From contig JAITOU010000045.1 of assembly GCA_031289755.1 (NCBI GenBank), positions 6,411 through 70,410 on the forward strand: a stretch of DNA of 64,000 nucleotides. The letters are read 5' to 3'. The notes beneath the pieces are model-generated. The model worked only from the letters and a program-made list of their open reading frames with translations. It did not search any database and was not told the DNA's origin. The first letter of the stretch is position 1; each line of letters begins with the position of its first letter. The position numbers and the translations under genes were made by a program. Shown here in pieces: positions 17,648 through 26,606 of the stretch. This stretch comes from Clostridiales bacterium (lineage in GTDB: Bacteria; Bacillota; Clostridia; Christensenellales; JAISNN01).

Positions 17648-19183
17648 TTAAACCAATCTATATTTCCTGTCGAGAGAACGGTATTGCACCGCTTCCGCGA
17701 TTTGGTCGCTCTTGATGTCGGCAATGCCTTCCATATCGGCTATCGTTCTGGCGACCTTTAATATTCTCGTCAAGGCGCGTGCCGTGAGATTGAGCTTTTT
17801 GAAAGCCGTTTCGAGAAGCTTTTCCGAGACCTGGTCGAGCTTGCAATATTTTGAAAGCTGAGGGTTATTCATGGAAGCGTTTGTGTACATAGGCTCGTTT
17901 TCAAATCTTTTTCTCTGTATATCTCTCGCTTCTTCCACTCTCTTTTTGACGGTTTCCGACGTTTCGGACTTTTGTCCGCCGTACATTTCTTCAAAGGCTA
18001 TGCCGTCGACCTCGACGTGCAAATCTATTCTGTCGAGCAAGGGTCCCGAAAGCTTGTTCAAATATTTGTGTATGGCGATTGCCGAGCAGGAGCATTTTTG
18101 GGTTTTCGAGCCGAAATTGCCGCAAGGACACGGATTCATACTCGCTACGAGCATGATGTCCGACGGATATTCCACCGTCCTGAAAGCTCTCGAAACGGTA
18201 ACGGTCTTGTCCTCTAAGGGCTGCCGCAGCGTCTCTAAGGTATAACGGGAATATTCGGGCATCTCGTCCAAAAAAAGCACTCCGTTATGAGCTAAGCTGA
18301 TTTCTCCGGGCTTGCTTTTGACGCCGCCGCCGACCAAAGCCACCGTAGTCGCCGTGTGGTGCGGCGAACGGAACGGACGCATCGTCACTATTCCGTCGTC
18401 GGAATTTAGCACGCCCGCCACGCTGTGTATCTTTGTAACCTCTATGGCTTCTTCAAAGGTCATGGACGGCATGATGCCGGGAATACATTTGGCTATCATG
18501 GTTTTTCCGGCTCCGGGCGGCCCTATCATCAGGATGTTGTGTCCGCCGGCAACGGCTATTTCGATGGCTCTCTTTGCCTTTGCCTGCCCCCTGACGTCCG
18601 AAAAATCGCTGCTCGCTCTCGTGAGATTTAAGGCGCTGTGATAAGACGAAAATTGCAGCGGCGCAAACGCCGCGCTTCCGTTCAAAAAAAGACAGACCTC
18701 GGTCAAGTTTTGAAGCGCGTATATCTCTAAGCCTTCTATAAAGGCGGCTTCGGCGGAGTTTTCACGCGGAATGATAAACTTTTTAAAGCCCGACTGAAAA
18801 GCCGCTATAAGCATGGGCATTACGCCGTTTATATGCCTAAGGCTGCCGTCGAGCGAAAGCTCTCCGATAATGATAAAGTCCTTATATGAGTTTTCGGCTA
18901 TTTGCTGAGATGCCGCGAGTATCCCGACGGCTATCGGCAAATCGAAGCAGGGAGAGTCTTTTTTGATGTCGGCGGGCGCGATATTGACGGTGATTTTTTT
19001 TATCGGATAGTCATAACCGCTGTTTTTTATCGCCGAACGCACTCTTTCTTTGGCTTCTTTGACCGACTGACCGACAAGCCCCACTATATCAACGGCAGGC
19101 AAGCCGGCATTTATATCCGTCTCCAAAACCGCTTCATATCCTATCAGACCGTCAAGTCCGAAACTTGTAATCTTAGAAAGCAT
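17648..19183 (-). CDS. YifB/ComM family Mg-chelatase-like AAA+ ATPase
   Basis: 511 aa. Lon-like N-domain, Walker A GPPGAGKTM, LFLDEMPE Walker B, C-terminal HTH-like region. Confidence 0.9.
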   Translation of the reverse strand: MLSKITSFGLDGLIGYEAVLETDINAGLPAVDIVGLVGQSVKEAKERVRSAIKNSGYDYPIKKITVNIAPADIKKDSPCFDLPIAVGILAASQQIAENSYKDFIIIGELSLDGSLRHINGVMPMLIAAFQSGFKKFIIPRENSAEAAFIEGLEIYALQNLTEVCLFLNGSAAFAPLQFSSYHSALNLTRASSDFSDVRGQAKAKRAIEIAVAGGHNILMIGPPGAGKTMIAKCIPGIMPSMTFEEAIEVTKIHSVAGVLNSDDGIVTMRPFRSPHHTATTVALVGGGVKSKPGEISLAHNGVLFLDEMPEYSRYTLETLRQPLEDKTVTVSRAFRTVEYPSDIMLVASMNPCPCGNFGSKTQKCSCSAIAIHKYLNKLSGPLLDRIDLHVEVDGIAFEEMYGGQKSETSETVKKRVEEARDIQRKRFENEPMYTNASMNNPQLSKYCKLDQVSEKLLETAFKKLNLTARALTRILKVARTIADMEGIADIKSDQIAEAVQYRSLDRKYRLV

Positions 19184-19223
19184 ATACCGTTAGCTCCGTA
19201 ATTTTTACACTTCGTCAAAATTT

Positions 19224-19253
19224 AAATGAGCCTGCGTGTATTCAGGCTCATTT
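19224..19253 (-). terminator. Hairpin terminator downstream of the 19276..21405 gene
   Basis: AAATGAGCCTG, 8-nt loop, CAGGCTCATTT. Only a moderate U tract on the minus sense. Confidence 0.5.
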
Positions 19254-19275
19254 ATCAGTCATTTTATGCGGACGG

Positions 19276-21405
19276 TTATTTTTTGAATAACAGTCCTTTT
19301 ACCTTTGTCGTTATATAATTGTCGCCGCTGTTATCACCTAACGGCAGTATGCTTTTCAAATTGCCTTTATAGGTTATATCGTAGACGAGATAAGCGAAAT
19401 ACAGCGTCAGTAATACGTTGATAACCGACATTATTATAACGCCAGCCGTTCCCAAGAGCGAATAGTAGGTCGCCGTAGTATTGGCTTTAAACATCGCGCT
19501 TCCGCCGACCAAGCCATCCGCGCTCAAAACCATCATGATATTGAGAACGGTCGTCAGCGAATACGCCGAAAAGAGAAACAACACTCTTTTTTCGTTGGAA
19601 ACGATGACATATAGGAGCAGCAGCACAAGTCCGAATATCATCGAAAACGGCTGCATTCCGAGTGTGAATATATATATCGTCACTATCATAAACGCCGATA
19701 AGAGAATCAAATCGACTCTGTTCTTCTTCTTGAAATAAAGCGATATCGTCCCCGCAAAAAGACACACGGCTATTATGATATCGAAGACCGCCTGCACGTT
19801 TGAATAGGTACTGTTGTTGCCGCCTATCATCGTATAAAAGTTGAAAGCGTCCAAAGACGTACGGTCGATTATCGGCAATAACGTGCCGCCGATTGTGACC
19901 TTTGACAATCTCGTGTATTGCACAAAGATATAAAAAGGATTGACGGTAAAATCCGTGAACGGGAATGAAATCACCCAAAATCCCACAAGACACGCAACCG
20001 CCGTTATGATGATTTTTGTTCTCGCTTCGGGGCGTCTGTAACAAGTATATATCAGGAACGCCGTCACCAACGGAAGTACATAAAGTGCCTTTACATTGAA
20101 AATCAATGCGAGCGTCATATATACGCAAGCCAAAATATATTTCTTATCCAATACGGAGAAGAAGGTGAATATCAAAAACAGTCCGAGAATCGAATCCGCC
20201 GTACCCCAGCCCGACGACGCTATAAAGACCGACGGCAGCACCGCATAAACGAGAGCGAACAAAAACGCCGTTCTCTCGCCCGTAAAGCGTCTGGCAAAAA
20301 TGAAGATATATCCGGCGGCCAAAAGGTCGGCTATAATGCCCGGTATTTTTGCCATAAGGTCGATACCGGCTTCGCCGTAGTCTATCCCGAAGAGCTTACA
20401 AAGACCGCCTATGATAGAATATACAAAGAGCATTCCCGGCGTCTGCGACTTGCCCGTCGTTGTGTTAAAGATTTGCGCCCAACCCGAAAAGCCGTCGGTC
20501 AAGGCGTCCAAAAGGTCGGAATAAAAATACGGTCCGGTTTTTTCGTCGTAGCCTGCAATGACGCGCTGCATGAGCAGCCTTATCAAAAAGCCCGCCGCAA
20601 GGACTATCACAAGGAGATAAACGGAAGAAATTTTTAATTTTGTCTTAGCTCCGGTATCCTTTTCTTTTAAGCCCTTTCTTATAAAATAATACAAGGTAAA
20701 GCAGAGAGCCGCCGACAATACCGCCGCAAACACGGTGATAAAGACGCTCAGTCCCGAAGCGTAATTGACCGACGATTTTGTCAGCGAACGTATGAGCTTA
20801 CCCTCGACTATCGCGTCGGGGATATTCTTTTGAGATATTTTCTTTAAAGAAACGTCGTCAAATCTCAGACCGACATCGGTCTCGGCCGCCGTAACGGGAT
20901 TTGCCTCCGTACCCAATCTCAAAGCGACTTTGAGCTTCGAGTAGCCCTTTGTATAGAAATATATCTCTACATAACTCCACGCGCCGTTCGTCGATACTAC
21001 CGAGCTGTACACAAAATCGTCGCTCTCGACAAAGCCGATAAAGGCTCCCGGCGACGCGATTTGGTTTGTCGCGCTCTCGGTCAGGGTTTTTGTGTGAATA
21101 TATGCGGAAAGCTTATAATAAGCGTTTCTTTGTACGGTGACCTCTTGATAATAATAAGAGTAATCCTTCTTGCTTGTATGCGATATCGATATCACATTGC
21201 CGCGCGGCGAAAAATCATCGACAATCTGAATCTTTGAGTAGGCGTCGTCTTCTTTGCCTTTTGTCCAGCCGTTGACGACCGACCCGGTAACATCCTCAAA
21301 GTTGCCGTTCGTTATCAGTTCTGTGTCGTAAGTAACGGTTTTGCAAGAAGCAAGCACGGCAACAAACAAGATGAGCAAAACGGATATTGATAAAAACTTT
21401 TTCAT
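19276..21405 (-). CDS. Lipoprotein-signal protein: carbohydrate-binding-like domain (CBM4_9-like by eye) fused to a GT-C-like (GT39/ArnT-type) polytopic membrane domain
   Basis: 709 aa. Signal peptide plus lipobox-like VLASC. NGNFE..GW beta-sandwich-type region (about residues 25-195). Then at least 12 hydrophobic helices, with a DE motif (AGYDEKTG) in the first predicted external loop. Confidence 0.6.
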   Translation of the reverse strand: MKKFLSISVLLILFVAVLASCKTVTYDTELITNGNFEDVTGSVVNGWTKGKEDDAYSKIQIVDDFSPRGNVISISHTSKKDYSYYYQEVTVQRNAYYKLSAYIHTKTLTESATNQIASPGAFIGFVESDDFVYSSVVSTNGAWSYVEIYFYTKGYSKLKVALRLGTEANPVTAAETDVGLRFDDVSLKKISQKNIPDAIVEGKLIRSLTKSSVNYASGLSVFITVFAAVLSAALCFTLYYFIRKGLKEKDTGAKTKLKISSVYLLVIVLAAGFLIRLLMQRVIAGYDEKTGPYFYSDLLDALTDGFSGWAQIFNTTTGKSQTPGMLFVYSIIGGLCKLFGIDYGEAGIDLMAKIPGIIADLLAAGYIFIFARRFTGERTAFLFALVYAVLPSVFIASSGWGTADSILGLFLIFTFFSVLDKKYILACVYMTLALIFNVKALYVLPLVTAFLIYTCYRRPEARTKIIITAVACLVGFWVISFPFTDFTVNPFYIFVQYTRLSKVTIGGTLLPIIDRTSLDAFNFYTMIGGNNSTYSNVQAVFDIIIAVCLFAGTISLYFKKKNRVDLILLSAFMIVTIYIFTLGMQPFSMIFGLVLLLLYVIVSNEKRVLFLFSAYSLTTVLNIMMVLSADGLVGGSAMFKANTTATYYSLLGTAGVIIMSVINVLLTLYFAYLVYDITYKGNLKSILPLGDNSGDNYITTKVKGLLFKK

Positions 21406-21755
21406 ATAAACAAACTCCGAAAATTATAATTATTTGTGAAAAAGGTTAAGGAAATACCGCGCATAAGGATATAAATATTTAGCAAGCGTTTTTTTGACGT
21501 CGGACGGATTGCTTCGAGCAGATAATAGCCGTGCCGTTATCCATATAAAAGCAATGCGTTTTTGGGCAAAAAAGACGCAATTTAAAAATTTATCGCACCT
21601 ACGCAGTGTTTCCTTAAAATCATACTTTATAAAGTATAGAGTATAAATCAAACTTTTTCAAGCATTTTAAGGATAATTTAAAAATTTTTTTTCGGGTTCT
21701 TTATTCAAATCCGCGAATATACTTTATTACAGACGGTTAAAGCGAGGAAAAAACC

Positions 21756-21992
21756 ATGATTTATTTTGAAAATGCCGCCGTATTCGCTTGCGGACTCTTT
21801 ATAACCGCAAGCGTCGTATGGGTCACAAAAAACAAACCCGGCTATATATACGCCGTTTTGACCAACAGTATGGTAGGCGGAATAATCTACGCCGTGTCCT
21901 TTGCCGTCGCCGGGATTCCGCGCCTGTCCGCCTTTTCGTCCTTTTTGACGGGAGCTTTGGGAGTGATAGGATTTATTTTGTCGCTCCTTTAA
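21756..21992 (+). CDS. Small membrane protein, BofA-family-like (pro-sigma-K processing inhibitor)
   Basis: 78 aa, two hydrophobic segments. The C-terminal pattern IPRLSAFSSFLTGALGVIGFILSLL resembles the BofA GxLGxPG end. SD GAGGA upstream. Confidence 0.45.
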   Translation: MIYFENAAVFACGLFITASVVWVTKNKPGYIYAVLTNSMVGGIIYAVSFAVAGIPRLSAFSSFLTGALGVIGFILSLL

Positions 21993-22348
21993 ACCGATTC
22001 TGCGGAAGCGATTTTATTTTTGACGCTTATGTAAATGCGCGACAATCTAAAAACATACTGCTGTTTCTCCGAAAGATTCAATTCCGAATAATATTCCTTG
22101 TCCATGAGCCTGCCGATAGGATTGACGATGACCTCGCTTTTGCCGTCCGCCAAAATCTTTTTGACTCCGGCATAATATTTCTCTTCTTCCTTTGTCAGCG
22201 CGGAGCTTTCGGTAATACGGCGTTTGCCGTCGGTGTCGGTTTCGTCCGATTTGCGTTTTTCTTTTATTTCATTCCAATAGCCGAATTTCAATCTCTTTTT
22301 TGCCTCCACCGCCAAGGCTTGAATGGTATTTTTTGTCGCCGCGTCCAT
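21989..22348 (-). CDS. Hypothetical protein (charged, helical)
   Basis: Start set at ATG 22348 (MDAATKNT...), preceded by AGGAGG. 119 aa. No motif recognised. Confidence 0.5.
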   Translation of the reverse strand: MDAATKNTIQALAVEAKKRLKFGYWNEIKEKRKSDETDTDGKRRITESSALTKEEEKYYAGVKKILADGKSEVIVNPIGRLMDKEYYSELNLSEKQQYVFRLSRIYISVKNKIASAESV

Positions 22349-22753
22349 AAATATATTTCCTCCTTGATTTTTATCGGCGCGCAATAGGCATAAGCAAAAG
22401 CGCGTTGCATTAATTATATAATAAAAAAAATCATTATGAAAGGACGAATATTTGAGAATATTTACATTTATAAATATTTATTTTGATTTATTTAAGTTTA
22501 TAATCTGATTTTATTAATTTTGTACAATATTCTGAAAATAAGTGATTTTATTCGATAATATAATATATTTTTGTACAAAAAGCGCGCTCTCATCCCGTCA
22601 TTTTGCCGGCGGCTCACCTTTCCCGTCCAAAACGGCGGAGCTTCGGGCAAAAATGACCCGATAAAGCGCGGCAAAGGCGCGAAAAACCGCCCACTACCGT
22701 CGGTTTACCCTATACAAAAAATCAATTTTTTTCAAAAAAATTAAAATAAAAGG

Positions 22754-22782
22754 TTTACAAACGGAATTATATGTATTACAAT
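22754..22782 (+). promoter_or_regulatory. Sigma-A-type promoter placed to give a leaderless mRNA for the 22790 gene
   Basis: TTTACA (22754-22759), 17-nt spacer, TACAAT (22777-22782), then 7 nt to ATG 22790. No SD sequence is present. Confidence 0.5.
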
Positions 22783-22789
22783 ATATAAT

Positions 22790-23275
22790 ATGAACGATAA
22801 AAAAATCAAGCTCAAAAATCAAAAAGAGATAAATATTTCCGCCGCCGTCGCTTCCGCCGTTCTCGTCACGATATCGGTTTTCGGATTTATTTCCTTCGGC
22901 ACATCACGCGCTCCCCAAGCCTTGATATCGGCTTTGACTGTTGTACTTTTGGCATTGTGTATGCTCTTTACGGCATTTTATTCCTATTACTCCTTTGCCG
23001 ACAAGTACCTGTATGTAAATTTCGGCTTCTTTATCTTTAAAATAAAGTATGACGACATCAAGCTTTTGAGAGAGGACAAGGAGTCAAAGACACTTTTTAT
23101 AGTATATTTAAAAAACGGCGACACGGAAAATGTCAAATTTTTGAAAATCTTAATCGACAAATCAAAAAATATTCCCTTTATCACCGCCGTGCGCAACAAA
23201 AACACTCTGGCAATCTATGAGCTTTTTGACAAAAACGACGAATTTAAAGATGACGGCAATACGAACGTAAAATAA
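22790..23275 (+). CDS. Hypothetical membrane protein (two TM helices plus a small soluble domain, possibly bacterial PH-like)
   Basis: 161 aa. Hydrophobic segments AAVASAVLVTISVFGFISF and ALTVVLLALCMLFTAFY. No catalytic motif. Confidence 0.55.
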   Translation: MNDKKIKLKNQKEINISAAVASAVLVTISVFGFISFGTSRAPQALISALTVVLLALCMLFTAFYSYYSFADKYLYVNFGFFIFKIKYDDIKLLREDKESKTLFIVYLKNGDTENVKFLKILIDKSKNIPFITAVRNKNTLAIYELFDKNDEFKDDGNTNVK

Positions 23276-23293
23276 ATTAGGGAGGCAACACTT

Positions 23294-24265
23294 ATGAAGG
23301 CAAGAACTATTTTTAAAATAATCGACGTTTCATTTGACCCGGTACAAAACAACGGCTACGGCGCGTTTATCAAAAAGAACGGCATATCCGTCACAAAAGA
23401 CATCGTCTATGACAAAAACATTCCCGACATACGCGTCGGCGACCTTTATGTCAAGGACGCGCTCTTAACCGAACCCGACGCAAAGCTCCCCGTCTTTATC
23501 AATATCCACGGCGGCGGCTTTGTCGCGGGCGACAAAATACACAGACGCTATTTCAGCGCGTATGTCGCCGACATCGGCTATGCCGTATTTAATATCAATT
23601 ACGGTTTAAGCCCCGAATACAAATTCCCTTTCTGCCTTTTGAGCATAATCAAGGCTCTCGATTGGGTGGCGGATAACGCCGAAAAATACGGCTTTGACAC
23701 GAGTAAAATCGTCATGAGCGGAGATTCCGCAGGAGCAAATCTCGCCGCTCTCGGCGGCATTGTCGCCTCAAACCCAAAATTTGTCGAAGCACTCGACGCG
23801 CAAATGCCCGCGGCAAAGCCGACGGCTCTGTTGCTGTGCTGCGGTCCTTACGATATCACTACGGCACTTCAATCGAATATCCCCTTTGACCTGCTCAACA
23901 AAATCATCACCGAAGCGACCGGCTACGACAAGGACCATGTAAACGAATTTAAATATTTAAACGAGTTTTCGCCTATCGAATATATCAACGAAAGCTACCC
24001 CAAAACCTTTCTCATCTATTCGGCAAAGGATATATTTTGCCGCCAACAAGGAGAGGTTTTTGAAAAACTGCTCAAAGAAAAAAATATCAGCGTAAGCTCT
24101 TTTCATTCCACGAGCCTGCTCGACAATCACTGCTTCCACTTAAATCACAATTTTAAAGTGGCAAAGGCGGCATTAGACCGAAGCAAAGAGTTTTTGCTGT
24201 CAATATTGAACGACGGCAAAACGACGGAAGAAACGCCTACGGAAGACATTACGGTTTCCGTCTAA
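23294..24265 (+). CDS. Alpha/beta hydrolase, esterase/lipase (hormone-sensitive-lipase-like family)
   Basis: HGGGF oxyanion motif (NIHGGGFVAG) and the nucleophile elbow GDSAGAN. 323 aa. SD GGGAGG. Confidence 0.88.
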   Translation: MKARTIFKIIDVSFDPVQNNGYGAFIKKNGISVTKDIVYDKNIPDIRVGDLYVKDALLTEPDAKLPVFINIHGGGFVAGDKIHRRYFSAYVADIGYAVFNINYGLSPEYKFPFCLLSIIKALDWVADNAEKYGFDTSKIVMSGDSAGANLAALGGIVASNPKFVEALDAQMPAAKPTALLLCCGPYDITTALQSNIPFDLLNKIITEATGYDKDHVNEFKYLNEFSPIEYINESYPKTFLIYSAKDIFCRQQGEVFEKLLKEKNISVSSFHSTSLLDNHCFHLNHNFKVAKAALDRSKEFLLSILNDGKTTEETPTEDITVSV

Positions 24266-24300
24266 AAAAATATCCGTTTAAAATTATCTCATCTCATTTG

Positions 24301-24337
24301 CGCGGTGTTGCTTTTAACGCCGCGCTTATTCGATTTG
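24301..24337 (+). terminator. Rho-independent terminator after the esterase gene
   Basis: GCGCGGTGTT, 6-nt loop, AACGCCGCGC (10 bp with one G-U), followed by a U-rich TTATTCGATTT. Confidence 0.6.
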
Positions 24338-24556
24338 CATAAGGCGTTCGACAAATCTGTCTATCTCTTCGTCCGTCAGCTTCAAGCTGTCCTTTACGGC
24401 GTTTCTGTAAGAAAACGCTTGTTTTAAAGTGAACATTTTGACAAAGCCGACCATAGGATGCTTTGTTATGCCGGGCGCGTACTCTTCTACGAGCGCGACG
24501 GCTTCGGCATTGCTCAGCACCTCTCTTATTTTTGTCGAATCGTTAAATCTTCCCAT
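24326..24556 (-). CDS. Hypothetical small protein
   Basis: 76-aa ORF with balanced composition, occupying an otherwise empty gap. No motif recognised. Confidence 0.4.
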   Translation of the reverse strand: MGRFNDSTKIREVLSNAEAVALVEEYAPGITKHPMVGFVKMFTLKQAFSYRNAVKDSLKLTDEEIDRFVERLMQIE

Positions 24557-24626
24557 ATGATATTACCCCTTATTTTTTTATTATTAATTATATTACCCAT
24601 TGTTTTTTTATTTTTATCAGACGTTT

Positions 24627-25379
24627 TTATATCGGTTCTGTATATTCCGTATCATTTATGTAAAGAAATTCGGGCGGAAGGGTCTTTCCCGTTTTTGTTT
24701 TGTCGCAATTTTTGACCGCGCACGCCACGTCGGACGGCGAAAGCGCGCCGAGTCCGACACTCAAAAGCGTTCCCGCCATTGTCCTTGCCATTTTGTAGAG
24801 AAAGCCGCTGCCCGTTATCCCGATATCCAAGCAGCCGTCCGCCAATGCGCATACCGTCACGGAATAAACCGTTCTGACAGTACCGCCGCTTACGCTGCCG
24901 GATTTTTGAAAGCATTTGCAATCGTACGTTCCCGTCATATACGAAGCCGCTTCGGTCATTGCCTGTACGTTCAAAGCCCTTTTGACAAAAAATCTCTCTC
25001 TGTCCAACAGCGGACGCCGTATGTCCGACACATAGAGCTTGTAGGTATAGGTCTTTTTTTTGTCGCAAAATCGCGCGTGAAAGCTCACGGGTACGGCGCG
25101 GCAGCTCCTGACGCTGATGTCGTTCGGCAAGAGCGAATTGACGGCGAAAGGAATTTTTTTGGGCGGAATGTCCGTCTCCGCGTCAAAATGCGCCGTTTGA
25201 CAAAACGCGCTGACTCCGGCATCGGTTCGGCTGCTCCCAAAGACGGTAATTTTACTACCGAAAAGTACGGAAAGCTTATCTTCGAGCATCTCCTGCACGG
25301 TCATTCCGTTTTTTTGCCTTTGCCAGCCGCAATAATTTTTTCCGTCGTATTCTATGATTATAAAAAAGCGTGTCTTCAT
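24627..25379 (-). CDS. truA: tRNA pseudouridine(38-40) synthase TruA
   Basis: 250 aa. YCGWQRQ and the catalytic-Asp motif SSRTDAGVSA. Confidence 0.9.
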   Translation of the reverse strand: MKTRFFIIIEYDGKNYCGWQRQKNGMTVQEMLEDKLSVLFGSKITVFGSSRTDAGVSAFCQTAHFDAETDIPPKKIPFAVNSLLPNDISVRSCRAVPVSFHARFCDKKKTYTYKLYVSDIRRPLLDRERFFVKRALNVQAMTEAASYMTGTYDCKCFQKSGSVSGGTVRTVYSVTVCALADGCLDIGITGSGFLYKMARTMAGTLLSVGLGALSPSDVACAVKNCDKTKTGKTLPPEFLYINDTEYTEPI

Positions 25380-26585
25380 TTATTTTCTCAAAATATCGTG
25401 TTTTTTTAGCTTCAAATCCGTTTTGATATATATTGTCTGCTGCACCCTAAGCGCGTCGTCCACCGTCTCGCCGTCCGCTCCGTACATATAGTCTACGGTC
25501 AATTTTTTTAAAAAATTACCGTCCGGCGACAAAACTTCGAGTACGTCGCCTTTTTTGAAACGGTTGCGCTGTTCGGCTATCACCGCGCCCTTTTCTTCGT
25601 CGTAGCCCGACACCTCGGCGACAAAGGTATTCTCGCCCTGCGTCTTGGACGAAAGGGTATTGATATGGTCGTTTTCTTTGAGATAAAAGCCCGTCGTGTA
25701 GCCCCTGTTGCCGACCTTTTTAAGCTCATCGAGCAGCTTCTCATCGGCGCGTTGCCCGACCCTGTAAGCGTCCAAAGCGCGTCTGTACGCGTTGACGACG
25801 CTTCCGACATAATACTCGGACTTCATTCTGCCTTCTATTTTAAAAGAATCCGCGCCGGCTTTTATAAGTTCCGCTATATGCTCTATCATGCACAGGTCCT
25901 TGCTGTTCATGATGTACGTTCCCTTAGAGTCCTCGCTAATGCTCAATTCCTTGTCGGACGACATCTCTTTCAGACGGTATTCCCAACGGCACGCCTGAAC
26001 GCATTTGCCGCCGTTTGAATCTCTGTCGGCCAGATAATTGCTCAAAAGACATCTTCCGCTGTACGATATGCACATCGCTCCGTGTACGAAGCATTCAAGC
26101 TCTATCCCGTCTACCGCGTCTTTTATTTCTTTTATCTCGTCTATCGTCAGCTCGCGTGCCAGCACGACTCTCTTGACGCCCAAGGACTTATAAAAGCTTA
26201 CGGCGTCAGCATTTGTCGTATTTGCCTGCGTGCTTATGTGGACGGGTATTTCGGGAATGTATTTTAAGGCGTTGAATAAGACGCCTATGTCGCCGATAAT
26301 GATACCGTCCGGCTTGACGTCTTTGAGCGCGGACATATACTCGCGTATCGCGCCGAAGTCGCCGCTTCTCGGAAAAATATTCAGAGCGACAAAAACCTTT
26401 TTGCTTTGCGAACGGGCAAAATTGACTGCCGTTCTGATATCTTCGAGCGCAAAATTGTCCGAAAAAGCCCTTAGGCTAAATCGGTTGCCGCCGATATAAA
26501 CGGCGTCCGCCCCAAAATGAAACGCGGCGTATAATTTATTTAAATTTCCTGCCGGAGCTAAAAGCTCGGGGATATTGTCGGGCAT
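25380..26585 (-). CDS. Peptidase U32 family protein (TrhP/YrrO-like)
   Basis: 401 aa. U32 signature ECFVHGAMCISYSGRCLLS. Directly abuts truA. Confidence 0.88.
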   Translation of the reverse strand: MPDNIPELLAPAGNLNKLYAAFHFGADAVYIGGNRFSLRAFSDNFALEDIRTAVNFARSQSKKVFVALNIFPRSGDFGAIREYMSALKDVKPDGIIIGDIGVLFNALKYIPEIPVHISTQANTTNADAVSFYKSLGVKRVVLARELTIDEIKEIKDAVDGIELECFVHGAMCISYSGRCLLSNYLADRDSNGGKCVQACRWEYRLKEMSSDKELSISEDSKGTYIMNSKDLCMIEHIAELIKAGADSFKIEGRMKSEYYVGSVVNAYRRALDAYRVGQRADEKLLDELKKVGNRGYTTGFYLKENDHINTLSSKTQGENTFVAEVSGYDEEKGAVIAEQRNRFKKGDVLEVLSPDGNFLKKLTVDYMYGADGETVDDALRVQQTIYIKTDLKLKKHDILRK

Positions 26586-26606
26586 ATTTCTTCCTTTTTT
26601 AAAAAG

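Noticed and set aside
21788-22387. 199-aa plus-strand ORF
   Set aside because: It overlaps the bofA-like ORF in another frame and is antisense to the 21989..22348 gene. The composition is Arg/Phe-rich and there is no SD.
24600-25409. 269-aa plus-strand ORF
   Set aside because: It is antisense to truA, which has a clear catalytic motif. Composition is Arg-rich with no recognisable domain.
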